From Octopus vulgaris (taxonomy: Eukaryota), in assembly GCA_951406725.2 (NCBI GenBank), contig OX597823.1:65596001-65660000 (forward strand): 64,000 bases of DNA, read 5' to 3'. The notes beneath the pieces were generated by a model that ran no database searches, had not been told where the DNA came from, and saw nothing but the letters and a program-made list of their open reading frames with translations. Position 1 is the stretch's first letter; each line of letters starts with the position of its first letter. The position numbers and the translations under genes are program-made. Below, piece by piece: positions 40,860-54,490 of this stretch.

Positions 40860-41310
40860 TTAGTTCACCTATAGTAATCTTTACTACTACAGATGTAGAA
40901 AGAGAGCCAGCAAAAACTGATTCTATCGACATCAACGATGTAATACTGGCTATAGATGAGGTAGACGCGTACTCAACTGCTGGCCTTGCTGGATTCCCAG
41001 TGATCCTTCTCCAATTAAACAATCACTTGCAAAATCCTTGTAGTTTCTCTTCCAGAGTTTCCTTGCGAGAGTTATGGTCCTAGACAAATTGAAGGAGGAA
41101 ATAATATGTCCTATCCCTACTGGGAGAAGCATACCAGATGCTAAAATTACAGGCCAATCTCTTTGGCATTACACATCAGTAAAGACATCGAACGAATAGT
41201 CCGGCGGAAATTAATTTCGCTCCCTGAAGAGAATAAATTGCTTAATTACATCCAGCATAAATGATGAAGCTGCCTGAACAGCTCTTACTGCACTACAAAT
41301 GATTGTTAAA
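40860..41310 (+). mobile_element. Decayed CR1/Jockey-group LINE fragment (start of RT)
   Basis: IDINDVILAIDEVDAYSTAGLAGFPVILL (cf. 'SA.GPDG.P..LLK'), followed by an NYRPISL remnant (AATTACAGGCCAATCTCT). Confidence 0.7.
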
Positions 41311-41361
41311 GGGGAATGTATATGACCACTACATCACTGGCTTGGTCACTTACGGAAGCTG

Positions 41362-41453
<92 letters not shown>

Positions 41454-42937
41454 CATCATCATTATTCTTAAAACTGCTTTACGCACGCTAAACTGCAACA
41501 CAGGCGATCCTCTATAATTTCAAAGTCTATGTCACATTTTGCTTTTCTTATAAGGTATTGTGCTTATGTATTAAGTCCGTTGTCTCGCTATGAGATTCCT
41601 TTGTCGGTTCTGGGTTAGTGTTTCCTGCACTGTATTGAATATATACATTATGGTTATGGCTATAATCCATATATTTCTAGAAACAGCTTATCCTCTTGTC
41701 TTCACATACTTTATATTAATCGCACAAAGCTCCTCCGTTTTTTAAAGTTTACAATCGGGATTGAAATTTGCGCTACATGTTAATGAAATACACTATAATT
41801 ATTTTGCCTTGGTGTTGATGTGCTTTTTTTTTTGTCTCTGCATAATCATCGTCAGCTGAATATACTACCTCAGACACGTTATATATCAATTCACCATTTG
41901 CTATAAAAAGATCGAATTTAAGTATTGCAATGTTTTCATAAATTCCCAGGTTTCTCAATTTATTAACAATTATAATATTTGTTTATGTTTCAGAATTCAT
42001 TTCGCTTAAATTAACATCGAGGACAAATTCAACTTCAGTTTACTGCTCTCTCAATAATAACTAAATGTTTGGTTTCCATTTTCATCTCCATGTTCCCCAT
42101 TTTGTTTTGATACACATTAGCATTATTAAAACAACAGCTTATGAAATTATGAATTCATAATTCATAATAAGCTTTGTTTATTTGCTAGCTTTTACTCTTT
42201 ATTTCTTTCCTGGCAGTATCTGACCTGATAGATTTATATCTAAGTATATTGTTTTGAAAAATAATTACTGAAAGTTACACAGTAATCAACAGAGTAATAT
42301 TTGCTTCTGATTTAGGCACAAAGTCAACTTGTCTCGAACCTCGAATATTATTTTATCGACCCTCTGAAAGACGAAAGGCAAAGCTGACTTCACTCGTAGA
42401 ATCTTACAGGTTGAGTAAAAAATATATTGCGTTAAAAATGTTTTACAAAAGAGTTTTACTTACTTGTATCTGTCTATTTACATGAGTGCGCACCATAAGC
42501 TATCATCTCATGAGTAGTAAAATACAAATTCAGAACTATAGGCTTTTAAACCTTTTTTAGAAAAACAATGCCTAATAATATAATAGATTTATTTTTACGT
42601 ATTGATCGTTTCTGTCGCAGCATCACTCCCAGGTGGTTTATTGATTTATCTGTTCATACCACAGTATCAATTATATGCGTGATATGATGTTTATTCAATC
42701 GACAAAGGGAAATGACTAATTGTAAAATTATCGACATTGCAATATTGAAAATATATAGTTGTATTAGTGAGATTTAAATTACGAACACGGCGGGAGAGAA
42801 CGAAATGCTTTCAAACAATTAGATAATATTATAATTTCTATCACATACTCAAATGATAGGGGAGTATTGGTTATCTCCTTGTGTTTAAAAATACCCCTTA
42901 CAATACATTAGATGTCTTTGCAATGTGCAAAGAGTCT

Positions 42938-43030
42938 CTCAGAGTCTTTCATATGGAATTGAGTCTTTCATATGTTCTCAGAGTCTTTCATATGGAATTG
43001 AGTCTTTCATATGTTCTCAGAGTCTTTTAT
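42938..43030. repeat. 39-bp tandem repeat (~2.4 copies)
   Basis: CTCAGAGTCTTTCATATGGAATTGAGTCTTTCATATGTT repeated. Confidence 0.85.
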
Positions 43031-44659
43031 ATGCAATTGATAGATGCAAGTTATCTGATATAAAAATTAATTACTAGAAACGAAAGGAATTTCTTTCTCT
43101 CCATATCCCTACATATGGTCTCCCAACATGTCCCCATTCAATTGATGGAAACTTGTAAAAGATTACTTGCTATTATATCGACCAATATCTACAGTACATT
43201 TTCCAGTTATATTCCATCGTGTATGGAGGTTCTTGTGTTCCATTTTGCTTTTCGATTTTCATATTTCGTAGTACCTTCATAAAATGTCATATTGAATACA
43301 ACTCCGGTGTGTATTTAATATTCAAATAACTGGTTAAAAAAAGACCGAAAAACCAAAAGCACAAAGAATCCGATTTTCTTTTTAATAAACATTGATAAAA
43401 AAAATCATTACATATATTTTGCACCAGTAGTTTTTAAGATATGAAAGAAATACAAAAGCAATCGATGAACCGACAAGGAGACAAATAGCTTTCGAAAATT
43501 GTTCTGTAGACACGTTGGATGGCAATGATAATGTTAACTATTATTGTTAAAATTCTTCTCTTTTGTCTTGTAGCAATGAAGGTTCAAAGAATTTCGTTCA
43601 GTCCCAGCACATTCGCAATTCAAATCTCAATAATACGACAACATATTTTCAATATTATTGTTTCGATCATTTTATATTAGTCATTTCCTTTTGCCGATTG
43701 AAGAAACATCATATCACGTATATGTCAATTATATTTCTCAGATCACCGATAGCGAAACTCATTTCACAGATTTTAAATTGTAAAAGGAAACTGTATTTCG
43801 TGATTAATTTAAATGGATCAAAGGAAAGAGATGTTACTCTTGCTACCCAATCCCAGAAGAATTCTGATGGTAGAAACTCATATCAAAAGTCTTCATCTTT
43901 TCTTTTCTCCGATAGAGTGTTTCGTGGTTTACATTAGCCCTCGTGTACTTCATTTTTAATACCGTGCAGAGTGTTGTGGGTGTTATAGCTAGAAGGTACA
44001 ATGAACTGGTAGAGGGCCCCTTCGTTGGAACGTAGATTTATTAATATATTAACGGATCCTCAGGCGACAAAACAAGATTATAGGTTCCAAAACTCTCATT
44101 GATGTATATATTTTAAACCCTGTTATGTTTAAGCTTGCTGTTCGGTTTTCGGTTGTGCAGGAAAATCGAATAGCATCGATTATATCACTTCTACATGAAT
44201 ATCTATTATCGATTATATATATATTCCTGACACTAACAATATACCAAAAACATAAAGAAATATGACAATTTGGAATCCAGTATATATTGATTCGTTGTGA
44301 TACTTCACTGAAAAGTAGAAAAATATGAAATTGGAAACAAGAATGATAATGCTATTATATGCAATTCGAATCCTATATTACCGTTTCCCAGGAGAATCAT
44401 TAGAGCGTTGGACGAAATGACTATCAGTACTTTTCCTACTAGTTACGTTTTAAGTTCAAATACAGCCGAGGCCGAATATACCTTTAATCGGGGTAATGAA
44501 ATGAATACTACTTAAGAACTGTTAACGCATTTCACTTTGTCCGTTTCCTTAAAATTGCTGTCGTTGTACACAAATTTGAATAAATTATTATTATTAGCAG
44601 AATCAGTTGGCCGTCAGAAAAAATGTCTATCGGTATTTCTTATGGAGATTTATATTCCG

Positions 44660-45485
44660 ATTTCAAATTTGACTGTTGGAGGATATCCCCGAAAAGAGCT
44701 ATTAGAGTAGAGGCGGTAGATTTTTGTAAGGAAATAGCGTTAGAAGAGTCTAGGATAGAGCGAGATCTAATTAGGAAGCTAGAAGAGAGGCTTAGGAAAG
44801 GCAGAGCGAGCGACGTGCTAGCGGCGAAATTGGCTCTTGATCAATTCTTCAATGCCAAGCACGAAAATCACCTTGTCAAGCACAGCAACATTTAGGTCTT
44901 TGGCAAGCTATATTAGGCGCATGATAACCGAGTTCAAGCAGACGTGTGCGGAATATTAGCGGTAAATTGGCCGAACTGTATGGGTCGCACGTGGTGGATT
45001 TCAGGTCCGATCTCAGTGGCGTACCACGCCTCTCGGCGAGGGATGAGGTGTTCTGCGAGATGCGGATAACAGCCGAAGATATACGGGACGCGATAAAGAC
45101 CTGGGCAAGAGAGAAGTCTCAGGGGTGGGATGGTCTGCCCTTCGAACTTTATTTTGATATGCCAGATTTATTCGGTGGTGTTTTGGCAGACGTCTACCAT
45201 AACTGGCAGTAGAATAGGAAAATTCCCAGGGCTGTGAGCCGTGGTGCTGTTTAGGAAGGACCTGTAAAAGGGGTACAAAATTAATAGTTTTAGGCCTATA
45301 ACTCTGCTGAATGCAGATTATATTATTTTGGCTAAGCTCTTACCCAAGAGGTTCGCGCTTGTCGTCGATGAGTTGGTGACGTTCAGACACGCGCTATCCC
45401 AAACACAACTATCCATGACAACTTCCATCTCACAAGCTACATCATAGAGAGAGTGGGTAAAGAACCTGGTATCGGTTGGTCCCTG
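44660..45485 (+). mobile_element. L1/Tx1-clade LINE ORF2 fragment (linker and RT start)
   Basis: ITAEDIRDAI..KSQGWDGLPFELY; FRPITLLNADYIILAK remnant; paralogous to 48550-49120. Confidence 0.8.
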
Positions 45486-45489
45486 ATCA

Positions 45490-45582
<93 letters not shown>

Positions 45583-45849
45583 CATCATCATTATTATTAT
45601 TATCATTAATATTATTGTATTTGCTGTGAAACCCATCCGACGTTTTTTTGAACGCTCCAAGTAAGTTCAGTTCAAAATATGTATTTACATCAAGATTGGT
45701 GTCTTTTTGCAATAATTATTTTATTCCAAATTATGAATAGAAACACCAGGAAGCTGATACTGGTTTTCTATGGTTGTTTATCTCCAGTGGGGTGATATTC
45801 GGTTCACCAAATAATTTCTGTAGGCGGTTAACATAATTGAAATACACAC

Positions 45850-48800
45850 ACCTCAACAAAATGGCGGAACACGTCTTGAAAGATTTGAGAAAAAAGAATA
45901 CAACATCTCCCATAAATTTGACAACTACAGAAGAGCCCCCTTCCCCCCGTTACTGGTTGTAATACAGGGGAAGGGGAAGAAAAATAAGAAGTACAATGTT
46001 CTACTTGTAAAAATAGTAGTAGCAGTGACAGCAGTAACAGTAACAAAAGCAGGAGGCGCAACAGTGATAGCTGCCACAGCAGTAGTACTAGTGCAACGTC
46101 AGCGAAAGGCAGTAGCAACAACAACAGCAACAACAACAACGATAGCAGTAACGGCAAAAGCCACAACAACAACAATAACGAGAATGTTACCAACAACAAA
46201 AACACGCTCGCCGTAGTAGCGAAGAGCAAGGAATGCACTAATATATATCTCATAAATAGGGACCAAATGCTAACACAAGCATAGATATTTATAAAACAAG
46301 AGAAAACTTGGGCCAGTCTCACTCTTCCGTCACAGCAATTGAAATAATGGTGAGAAGAACGATGCTTTTCAGATGCATCTCAGCAGACACGAAGATAGCA
46401 GGTTTAATAGCTCAAGTAGATATTGAGGCGGCTCTAAGGTGCATCAGAAATAACATCGAACACATAGTGAGGGACAAACAGTACGGCACCATTTAGGTGC
46501 TGTTTAAGTCAGAAGCCCTCGCTATGAAACATTCAATGACCCCCATGCAACACCAGTAAAGTCATCATGTACCACACCAACATGGGGAAAAGTACAGCAT
46601 GCGTACCCATTTCTAGGATCTCACCAGGACTAGATATGTGGTGGCCTCTGGGATTCATAACCGTAGAGGTTTGGATACTGTCCCGATAAAGGCAACAGGA
46701 ACTGCCAAGGATGACTAGCTCGGGGTTGTCCTGGAGATACTACACTAGATCAGACCCGAAAACACAAAAAGATTCCCGGACAACAACCGTGTCCAGAACG
46801 GGACAATGATAAATATCATAACTAATGGCAAAGAACCGCATTGTTTCGCGTGTGGAGAACCAACTCACTTTCATACTCACTGCCCCCAACTGGTAGAAAG
46901 TGCAAGGATTCAAATGCATCCACTGCTACCTACGCCGGAACGACGACCACAAACAACACCAACACCGGCAAAACCACCAGGAACAACGCCAAAGACATAA
47001 ACCACCCTTTGGGGAAACAAGGAAATCCCTCCCACCCTCTCACATGAAACAAAGATACACACATAAACAAGATTATAAATATACAAACAGAGGCATATAT
47101 ACAGCAACAGACTCTTCATATTCACTGGGAGTGGAAGGAAAACCAAATGTTCAAAAAATAAAAATTCCACATAGCATAACAACACCCACAACAAAAGATG
47201 CAGACGCCACCCACATCTCCCCAAAAAGCACCAACACCAACACAACTAACACAATCACTATCAACAAAGTCCCCCAAACGTAAATAATCTTAACAAGAAC
47301 AAAGACATACAAACATTAAAACTGCAGATACCACATTCACAGCTACCACAGACAGAACAGAAACAACAACAAAACCATATCAGCACTACATTCAAGCAAA
47401 CACATTAAGCAATACCAACACAAAACACCCAACTTCATACTCATCAGAAGGGACAACAAGGAATCGATGGCCCTCGGAAGACAAAACACGGAATTTGAAA
47501 CAGAGGGACTAATATCCGAATCGAAAACATTTCGTATACCAGAATATTTACGTCTGGTGCGAATGTCGCTGGATCCCTTCTTAAACATTCGAGCTTTCCG
47601 GAGGACATGGGAACTCCGAACGCGAGACCCACATCGAGGCTCTTTAAGGGGTTCCCCAAAAGACACGCTAATTATGGAAGTCGAACCATCCGACTTTCAC
47701 CAGACACCGAGAAGTAATTAAACATTTCCCTTCTCTCTTTAGCTTCCAACATGGCCATACTAAGAGCAGGATTCTTATATGTGCGAAGCACGCATGCATG
47801 CTCACCGACCACAGGTTTCTAGAATTGGATATGATTGCTGTCAGTGAGACCAGCACAGTGGTCCTCATGTTCGATGACTATCAGATCTTTGCATACGTTA
47901 CTCGACCGGGAATGGGAGGTGGAGTGGCAATGCTGTTTAGTAAAGAACTGGATCTTGAGGTAAAGTCGATGTTCCGGGACCCGCACGGGAAGTTGGTGGT
48001 CATGGACGTGAGCAATAGTGAAGGTAGTGTCTTTAGGCTGGTGACCGTCTACGCCCCTACCAGAGTCAAACGTCATCTGGAAGCCTTTCTAGGTAGGTCT
48101 CGCCTTTTACTGTTAGTAGGGGCCTTGAAGGAATCTTAGATCAATGCTGGGATTGTGTGGGAGTAGCTAATAGAAGAGTAGGGTGAAATTACTCAAGCAC
48201 CTGATTTAGCCAGTTCCAACTCTCTGACAGGTACCGACGAGATTTCCTTAATGCGCCAGGGGGGACGTGGACCAAACGCTTAGTGTCATCTAGATCGTAT
48301 ATATATAGGATTTTCACTAGGAAAATAGATAGCAATATGGTAGGAATACAACTTTTTTAAACGGTCATCTATTCAGGCCACAAGTTTGTAATCTATACGG
48401 TCGACTTGGAGAAGACACGTAGGTTAGGACCCGGGTACTGGAAGCTGAACATGTCGTTTCCGGCACGTAAGGCTTACAGGGGTCAGGTCAGATATTTAGT
48501 TAAGCAGTTGACGGGGAGGGGACAGATTGACAGAAACAGATGGTGAGTGGTTCTCAATAGAGTGATCAGAGCAATGTCGATAGAATTTAGCAAAGAGACA
48601 GCGTTAGAAAAAATAGAAAAGAAGAGGGGTTAGTTGTTAAACTAGGCTAGGCTATTTGTAGTAGCATTGCAACCGACGTACTAGCAGCGAGAATGGCCTT
48701 AGACCAGTTTTTAATGCCAAACATGAAGGTTGCATTGTCAGAGCTAAGGCGCGTGCTTTAAGAAACGAGGGGATCAAATATGTTCGATGGGTCTGCGTGA

Positions 48801-49120
48801 CGGACTGCAGCATGGTAACAAAACCACAATTCAGTCTTTGACAGACCGAGATGGACACGAGCTGAGCGATTCCAATCAGTTGCGTGAGGCCTTTCACCAG
48901 CAATTTGCTCGGTTGTTCGGAGCGAGTGGCGAGGCGGAGATGGTCGCAGACTTCAGTCTCTAACTTGACGGCTTGCTGTGTCTCTCGATGGCCGATGCTG
49001 ACCGCTGTGAAAGGCAGATAACTTCAGCCGAAATTCAGGATGCCTTTGTCGGCTGCACGAGGCGCAAGTCACCCGGTTTAGATGGTCTACCTAATGAACT
49101 TTACGTAAATATGCCAAACC
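45850..49120 (+). mobile_element. Decayed L1/Tx1-clade LINE 5' part: ORF1 with CCHC knuckle, APE endonuclease, truncated at RT start
   Basis: CFACGEPTHFHTHCP (46806-47000); LDMIAVSET..GGGVAML..DPHGKLVVMDV..FRLVTVYAP (APE); GPGYWKLN; KSPGLDGLPNELY. The 5' boundary is approximate. Confidence 0.8.
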
Positions 49121-49319
49121 TTCTTCTTCTTCTTCTTCTTCTTCTTCTTCTTCTTCTTCTTCTTCTTCTTCTTCTTCTTCTTCTTCTTCTTCTTCTTCTT
49201 CTTCTTCTTCTTCTTCTTCTTCTTCTTCTTCTTCTTCTTCTTCTTCTTCTTCTTCTTCTTCTTCTTCTTCTTCTTCTTCTTCTTCTTCTTCTTCTGCTTA
49301 TTCTGCTTCTTCTTCTTTA

Positions 49320-49413
<94 letters not shown>
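49120..49413. repeat. Compound (CTT)n(ATT)n(AGT)n microsatellite
   Basis: Read directly. Confidence 0.95.
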
Positions 49414-49429
49414 TGTTATTGTTGTATCA

Positions 49430-50800
49430 CGATATTGATAACTCAATTTGTATGCCGAGCATTTGCTGTACCGTAGAGAGTTGCTATATGTGCGTTAGAA
49501 GGATGCAGTGTGCGGTACTAAATGTACAAATCTATTTGTAATCTGTGTGCAGCTCCTACAAACTCTACAGTACGTGTACAAGTACGTTCCGATGCTTTCG
49601 ATAAGGATTTTTCTGCGTCTATCCTAATAAATATTAACGCATCTATTTTTATTGCAAGTTCTTTTTCCTATGTCCTTTTTCTTTGTTTACTTTTCCTGGC
49701 TTCGTTTTAACATGACGTTTTCAAGTACTATTTTACAGCTTCATCTTCACATTACAAAGACAATATCTACAGTTGCTTTTATTTTCTTTCTTTATAACCA
49801 TTTCAAAATTCACTCTATTTCATATATGTAAGCAAGAGAAGCAGAAGTAATAATTTTGCTGTTTCTTGCATTATATATTCTTTTCCTAGAAGCTCTACAT
49901 TTAGTAGTTTATAATTTTCACGTTACAGCTAAATGTACTTGGAAAATCTAGTGTTATATTTCAGGTGGTGCCTTCTGAAGGCAGTCATCATTTTCCTTGT
50001 ATTCCTGACTACTGTGGCTGGTAATATTATAAGTATAACATATTTCTAGACTGTTACAATATTGATTGTTTCTTACCATTGTACTTGTCATTGGCACTGT
50101 TTTAATTATCAAACTAATATTTTTTTATATATGCTGGAAATTGTTTCCTTCGTTAATTCCTGAGAATTTGTCTGTATTTCGTTTTATTATCTTTGGCTCT
50201 TTATCCTACAGGAAATTAGTGGTGTATACTAATTTCCTCACAATGTTGTCTTGGCGGCTTTTTCTAAATCGAATTTCATACTAATACCTCTATAGAATCC
50301 ATGTAATGCAATGTAACAGTGTTTCCAGTGAACGTTTTCACCTTATAATTTAAGTTCATCTATAAATATATAAAAAATACATGAATAGTTTCTTCCTATA
50401 ACATCTGCATCTGATGTTTGTGTGATTTATCATATTCATTGAACCTACTAATACAATGAAGACAGGGGAGAGAACGAAGCAGTTCCCTTGGAAAATGTCT
50501 TTTCTCGAAAAGATGGGTTTTATATTTATATTCAAGTCGTTTGTTTATAATAAACAATGTCATGTCGAAACATTTTTATAACTCATACTATCTATAGAAT
50601 TACTTATATTCGTCTGCTAATAATACCTTGTTGATTAGTATTTGATTTAGAGACTCATACTCTTTAGGTAGTTATTTATATTTTCCAATATTATTGTCAT
50701 TAGAATCTTGAAGAAAGACGGCTAGTTTTATCTGGTCTATAAAGAAACAAAGAGTTATGCGAAAGCAGGAAATAATCTGGGAAATGTAAATTAACAATTT
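49430..50800 (-). mobile_element. Highly decayed R4/RLE-type LINE fragment
   Basis: Minus-strand remnants RKDIFQGN..LSP (~50465-50505), YMDSIEV (YMDD-like, ~50290-50305) and a TAH-type C-terminus near 49500. Confidence 0.5.
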
Positions 50801-50984
50801 GTACCATCGTGTCATTAAGAACTCAGGGTTCTAATATTGGGCGGACTTGATTTTTCACTGTATTATATCAAGAAACAGATGCTGCCGATCTTTCGATATC
50901 ATTTGAATATTTTACTGAGTACTAAAAGGCAGTACTTAGAATAAAACCAAAATGCTGTGAAACAATTCTTAATATTTAATTTCG

Positions 50985-51345
50985 CAATTCGTCTGTCTTT
51001 GTGTTTTGAGTTGTAATTCCACCGGGCTCAACTAAGCCTTTCATTCTTCTCGGCGGCGCTAAAATAAGTACAACTGGGATCGATGTAATATTTTTAGCTA
51101 CTTCCTGTTGGGTGTGTGTCAAACTAGAAACTAATATTAATTTCTAAAAGGCGGTGATTTGGCAGAATCATTTGACGCCGAGAAAAATGGTTAGCGGCAT
51201 TTCGTCCATCTATACGCTCTGAGTTTAAATTCCGTCGAGGTCGTCTTTGGAGTCGAAAAGATAAATATCAGTAGAACACTGGTGTTGATGCAATCGTATT
51301 ACCCGTCCTTTGAAATTTCTGGTTTTGAGCCAAAATTTGAAATCA
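50985..51345 (+). mobile_element. Two decayed copies of the abundant SINE-like family
   Basis: Head GGCGGTGATTTGGCAGAATC at ~51150; shared AATTCC..GAGGTCG..ACTGG..GATG blocks. Confidence 0.65.
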
Positions 51346-52453
51346 ATATTTAATTTCGAGAGAGCAGCAAAAGTCCTACCAATATTTGTAGTTCAATTTC
51401 GAGTCACCTGTAAAAATAACGTCAATACGTTAAAATTCCGTACCACATATCATGCGATTTTCATTGGACAAATGACTTCACGTATCTGATGAGAATCTTA
51501 TACGGAAGTGAAATGAGTTACTTCTAATAGCTGGTTGATTAAGTGGTTATAAATGAAATAGTAGAACTCGGATGTTTCTAAATCAAGATAAATGGTAGCT
51601 TATGTCATGAAATTTTTTATCCTAGTTGATTCTGAGAGAAAACTGAAATTCTCGAAACTCCTAAAATTTCTTTTTCGAACAGTATGTGAAATCATGATAT
51701 AGGCTACGACAAATGAACCATCCCCACGCCTCTGCAGTAGCTCGTGCCTATTGTCTTTTCTTAGGAGTAATCAGGAATATATTTTTCGGTGTTTTGCTTT
51801 CTTGGTTTAAGACATCAGGTTGTCGTTAGAAGGGTACTTGGTATAGTAATTCTGACAGTGTGAACAAACCTGTTTAAACGTATTTCCGTTTACACTCCTT
51901 ATATATATGTATGTATGAATAATCGGGCCCGTTCATATAAACATCTGCCATCTTTCTTTTTGATAAATATTATTCCATAGAATGAAGCTACGTGGCAAAT
52001 TCTAACTAGAATAAAAACTGCAGTTTCTGGATAATTTTCAAAATCACATATATTCAATTCTAAGTAACAACATAATATTAGACAGTGCTTTGCACGACTA
52101 CATATTTTCAATTTCATTTTAAAATTTCTAATTTCTATGCAATGAATACAAACGTCGTCAGTATCTACCTTGACTTCCCTCCTCTTGAGATTCGTTATTT
52201 TTAATTATATTTTTCAAACCTGTTCGAAAGTCTGCAAACTTTCGAATACACATGTTGACACTAGCGTATTCTATCTCATATAACTGGATAAAATACGTAC
52301 AAAATTTATTAAACTAAAAGCTATACAGACATATTTCCTGCAAAGGATGGAGATTGAAATATATTCAAATATTTAGTGAATATATCACACACGCGTGCTT
52401 TATATGTGCATGTGTGTGTGCAAGTGTGTGCGTATGTATAGGCATAGAGAGAT

Positions 52454-52512
<59 letters not shown>

Positions 52513-52885
52513 CTGTATAAATTATATAAACTGATGTTTGTATGTGAAGTTATGATAAAAACAATTTTAGATTATACTGAAAGATTAGTCAATACTAATG
52601 AGAACAAAATTTCTTTTTCTTAAACACAAATAGTACTGAAAGTGACCTCGAAGTCTTGGCAAGTTAAACCATCCTGAAGCTGTGGTATATTTCAGTTCAA
52701 CTGGACATTATAGAGTCTCTCTGTAGGCCGTATAAAGCCAAGATGAATTTGAGAGTCTGGTTATGGCTTAGCTGGCCGAAACATTTAAATCTGTTGGGGA
52801 TAATTAACCTTTTTAGATGTCGTTTATATAATTATATTTATATAATTCCAATTGTATCTTTCTACACGCTCAACATGTAGTGGAG

Positions 52886-52887
<2 letters not shown>

Positions 52888-52969
<82 letters not shown>

Positions 52970-53011
52970 AATTATTATTATTATTATTATTATTATTATA
53001 ATTATTACTAC

Positions 53012-53059
<48 letters not shown>

Positions 53060-53079
53060 TATAATTATTATTATTATTA

Positions 53080-53111
<32 letters not shown>

Positions 53112-53131
53112 GTTGTTGTTGTTGTTGTTGT
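52888..53131. repeat. (ATT)n/(GTT)n microsatellite
   Basis: Read directly. Confidence 0.95.
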
Positions 53132-53134
53132 TTT

Positions 53135-53990
53135 ATTCCAAGCTGGATTTATGTGGTAGCGGGTTACTACATGTAAACTTAGGAATCCACACGTTTCCGG
53201 TAGTTTTTCAACTGCTTAGAAACCTCCTGATAATCCTTGCTGACCCTAAGAGGCACATTTTCTAGCTCTACTGGGCATTCTATTTCAATTTCCTTCAGCC
53301 ATTTGTCTATACCTTGGTTACTGTTTCCAAAGCATAAATTACTATAGGTACGACCTTTCCTGTTCGCATGTTCCAAATTCTTCCTATTTGAAATTTCAAA
53401 GGATTATATTTTTTCGGTTTTCTTCCCCTTTCTTTGCGATTCTGGAATCAAACGAGCATGATGGGCCGATAAGTAAGCAACGTCGCTTTTCTTTATCTGT
53501 AATATTAATATCTGGTGTATTATTTTCTAACTTCTTGTACGTTTGAAGAGAAGTGTCACACAAAATTTTAATTTCTCTGACTCTAGTATTCTTTTGTCTC
53601 GATAAATGTACGTCATGTTTCTAGCTTCAAATCCCTATTTCTGGTACAGTTTCCAGAGTAACACTTTTATTATCTGCTTCTGATTCCATTTCTTATAGTC
53701 TTCCTGTGCCAGCTTGAGGCATTCGTCCACAATGTATCCAACACTCTCGTTAAAAGTTCCACAAGCCCTGACATATTCTCTCCATATATATTTTTTGTCA
53801 AGTTGTTTCTTTTTATCGCTTGATCTTGAGCTGCTACAATTAAGCTTTGTGTTTCTCTTTTTGATTTTAACAAACCTAGGATTTTTTTTACATACGCTCT
53901 CCAAAATTTGTCTTGCAAAGATTTTTCTTCGATCTGTTTGACGTGCTGTCTTTGTATTTTAATTGTTATCCTTTTCTCCTATTACGCGCT
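53135..53990 (-). mobile_element. Decayed RLE-type (R4-like) LINE 3' fragment
   Basis: KRETQSLIVAAQDQAI; RACGTFNESVGYIVDECLKLAQEDYK..LLWKL parallel ETEGFLIAAQDQSL and CRICG..ETINHIISSC..LAKKEY of the 31.9-34.0 kb ORF. The 3' end abuts a microsatellite. Confidence 0.75.
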
Positions 53991-54009
53991 TCATCACCTT
54001 TCTTAATTA

Positions 54010-54490
54010 TAAAGGAGTCAATGTAATCGACCAGCCTTCTCCCCCAAAGTTACTGTTGATTCGGCGAGGTGGCAGAATTGGCAACACGTGAGATAAAGTT
54101 CTTAGTGGTATTTTTCGTACTTTTGGGATCGACCAAATAAGTACCATCCAAGTACTGAGGTCGATATAATCGACTAGCTACCTTCCCCAAAAATTCAGTC
54201 CTTGTTCCTATAAAAGAAATGATTAATATCATTATTCTTAATGTTTTCGTCATTCTCGTCGACATCTGTTTCGTTGTTTCAATGTTGGCAGATCGGGAGA
54301 GTCAACAAAGTATCTGATAAATGTGTTTGAGATTTGTTCTGGGTCTTTATATCCCGAGTTCAACTCCTACCGATTTCAACTTTACACTTCATTCTTTCGT
54401 GGTCGTTACATCAAAATACCAGTGAGACACGGGAGACAACTTAACGTCCTCTCTAAAATTTTATGCCTTGTGCTTATGCTAGTAAAAACA
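54010..54490 (+). mobile_element. Decayed SINE-like family copies
   Basis: GGCGAGGTGGCAGAAT head at ~54063; AAGTACCA..GTCGATATAATCGAC blocks. Confidence 0.6.

Noticed and set aside
51481-51520. CTGATGA...GAAA hammerhead candidate
   Set aside because: No stem II or stem I pairing in the required register.
52740-52800. GGCCGAAACATTTAAATC resembling the 3' half of an HHR
   Set aside because: The CUGANGA strand is not recognisable; too degenerate to support.
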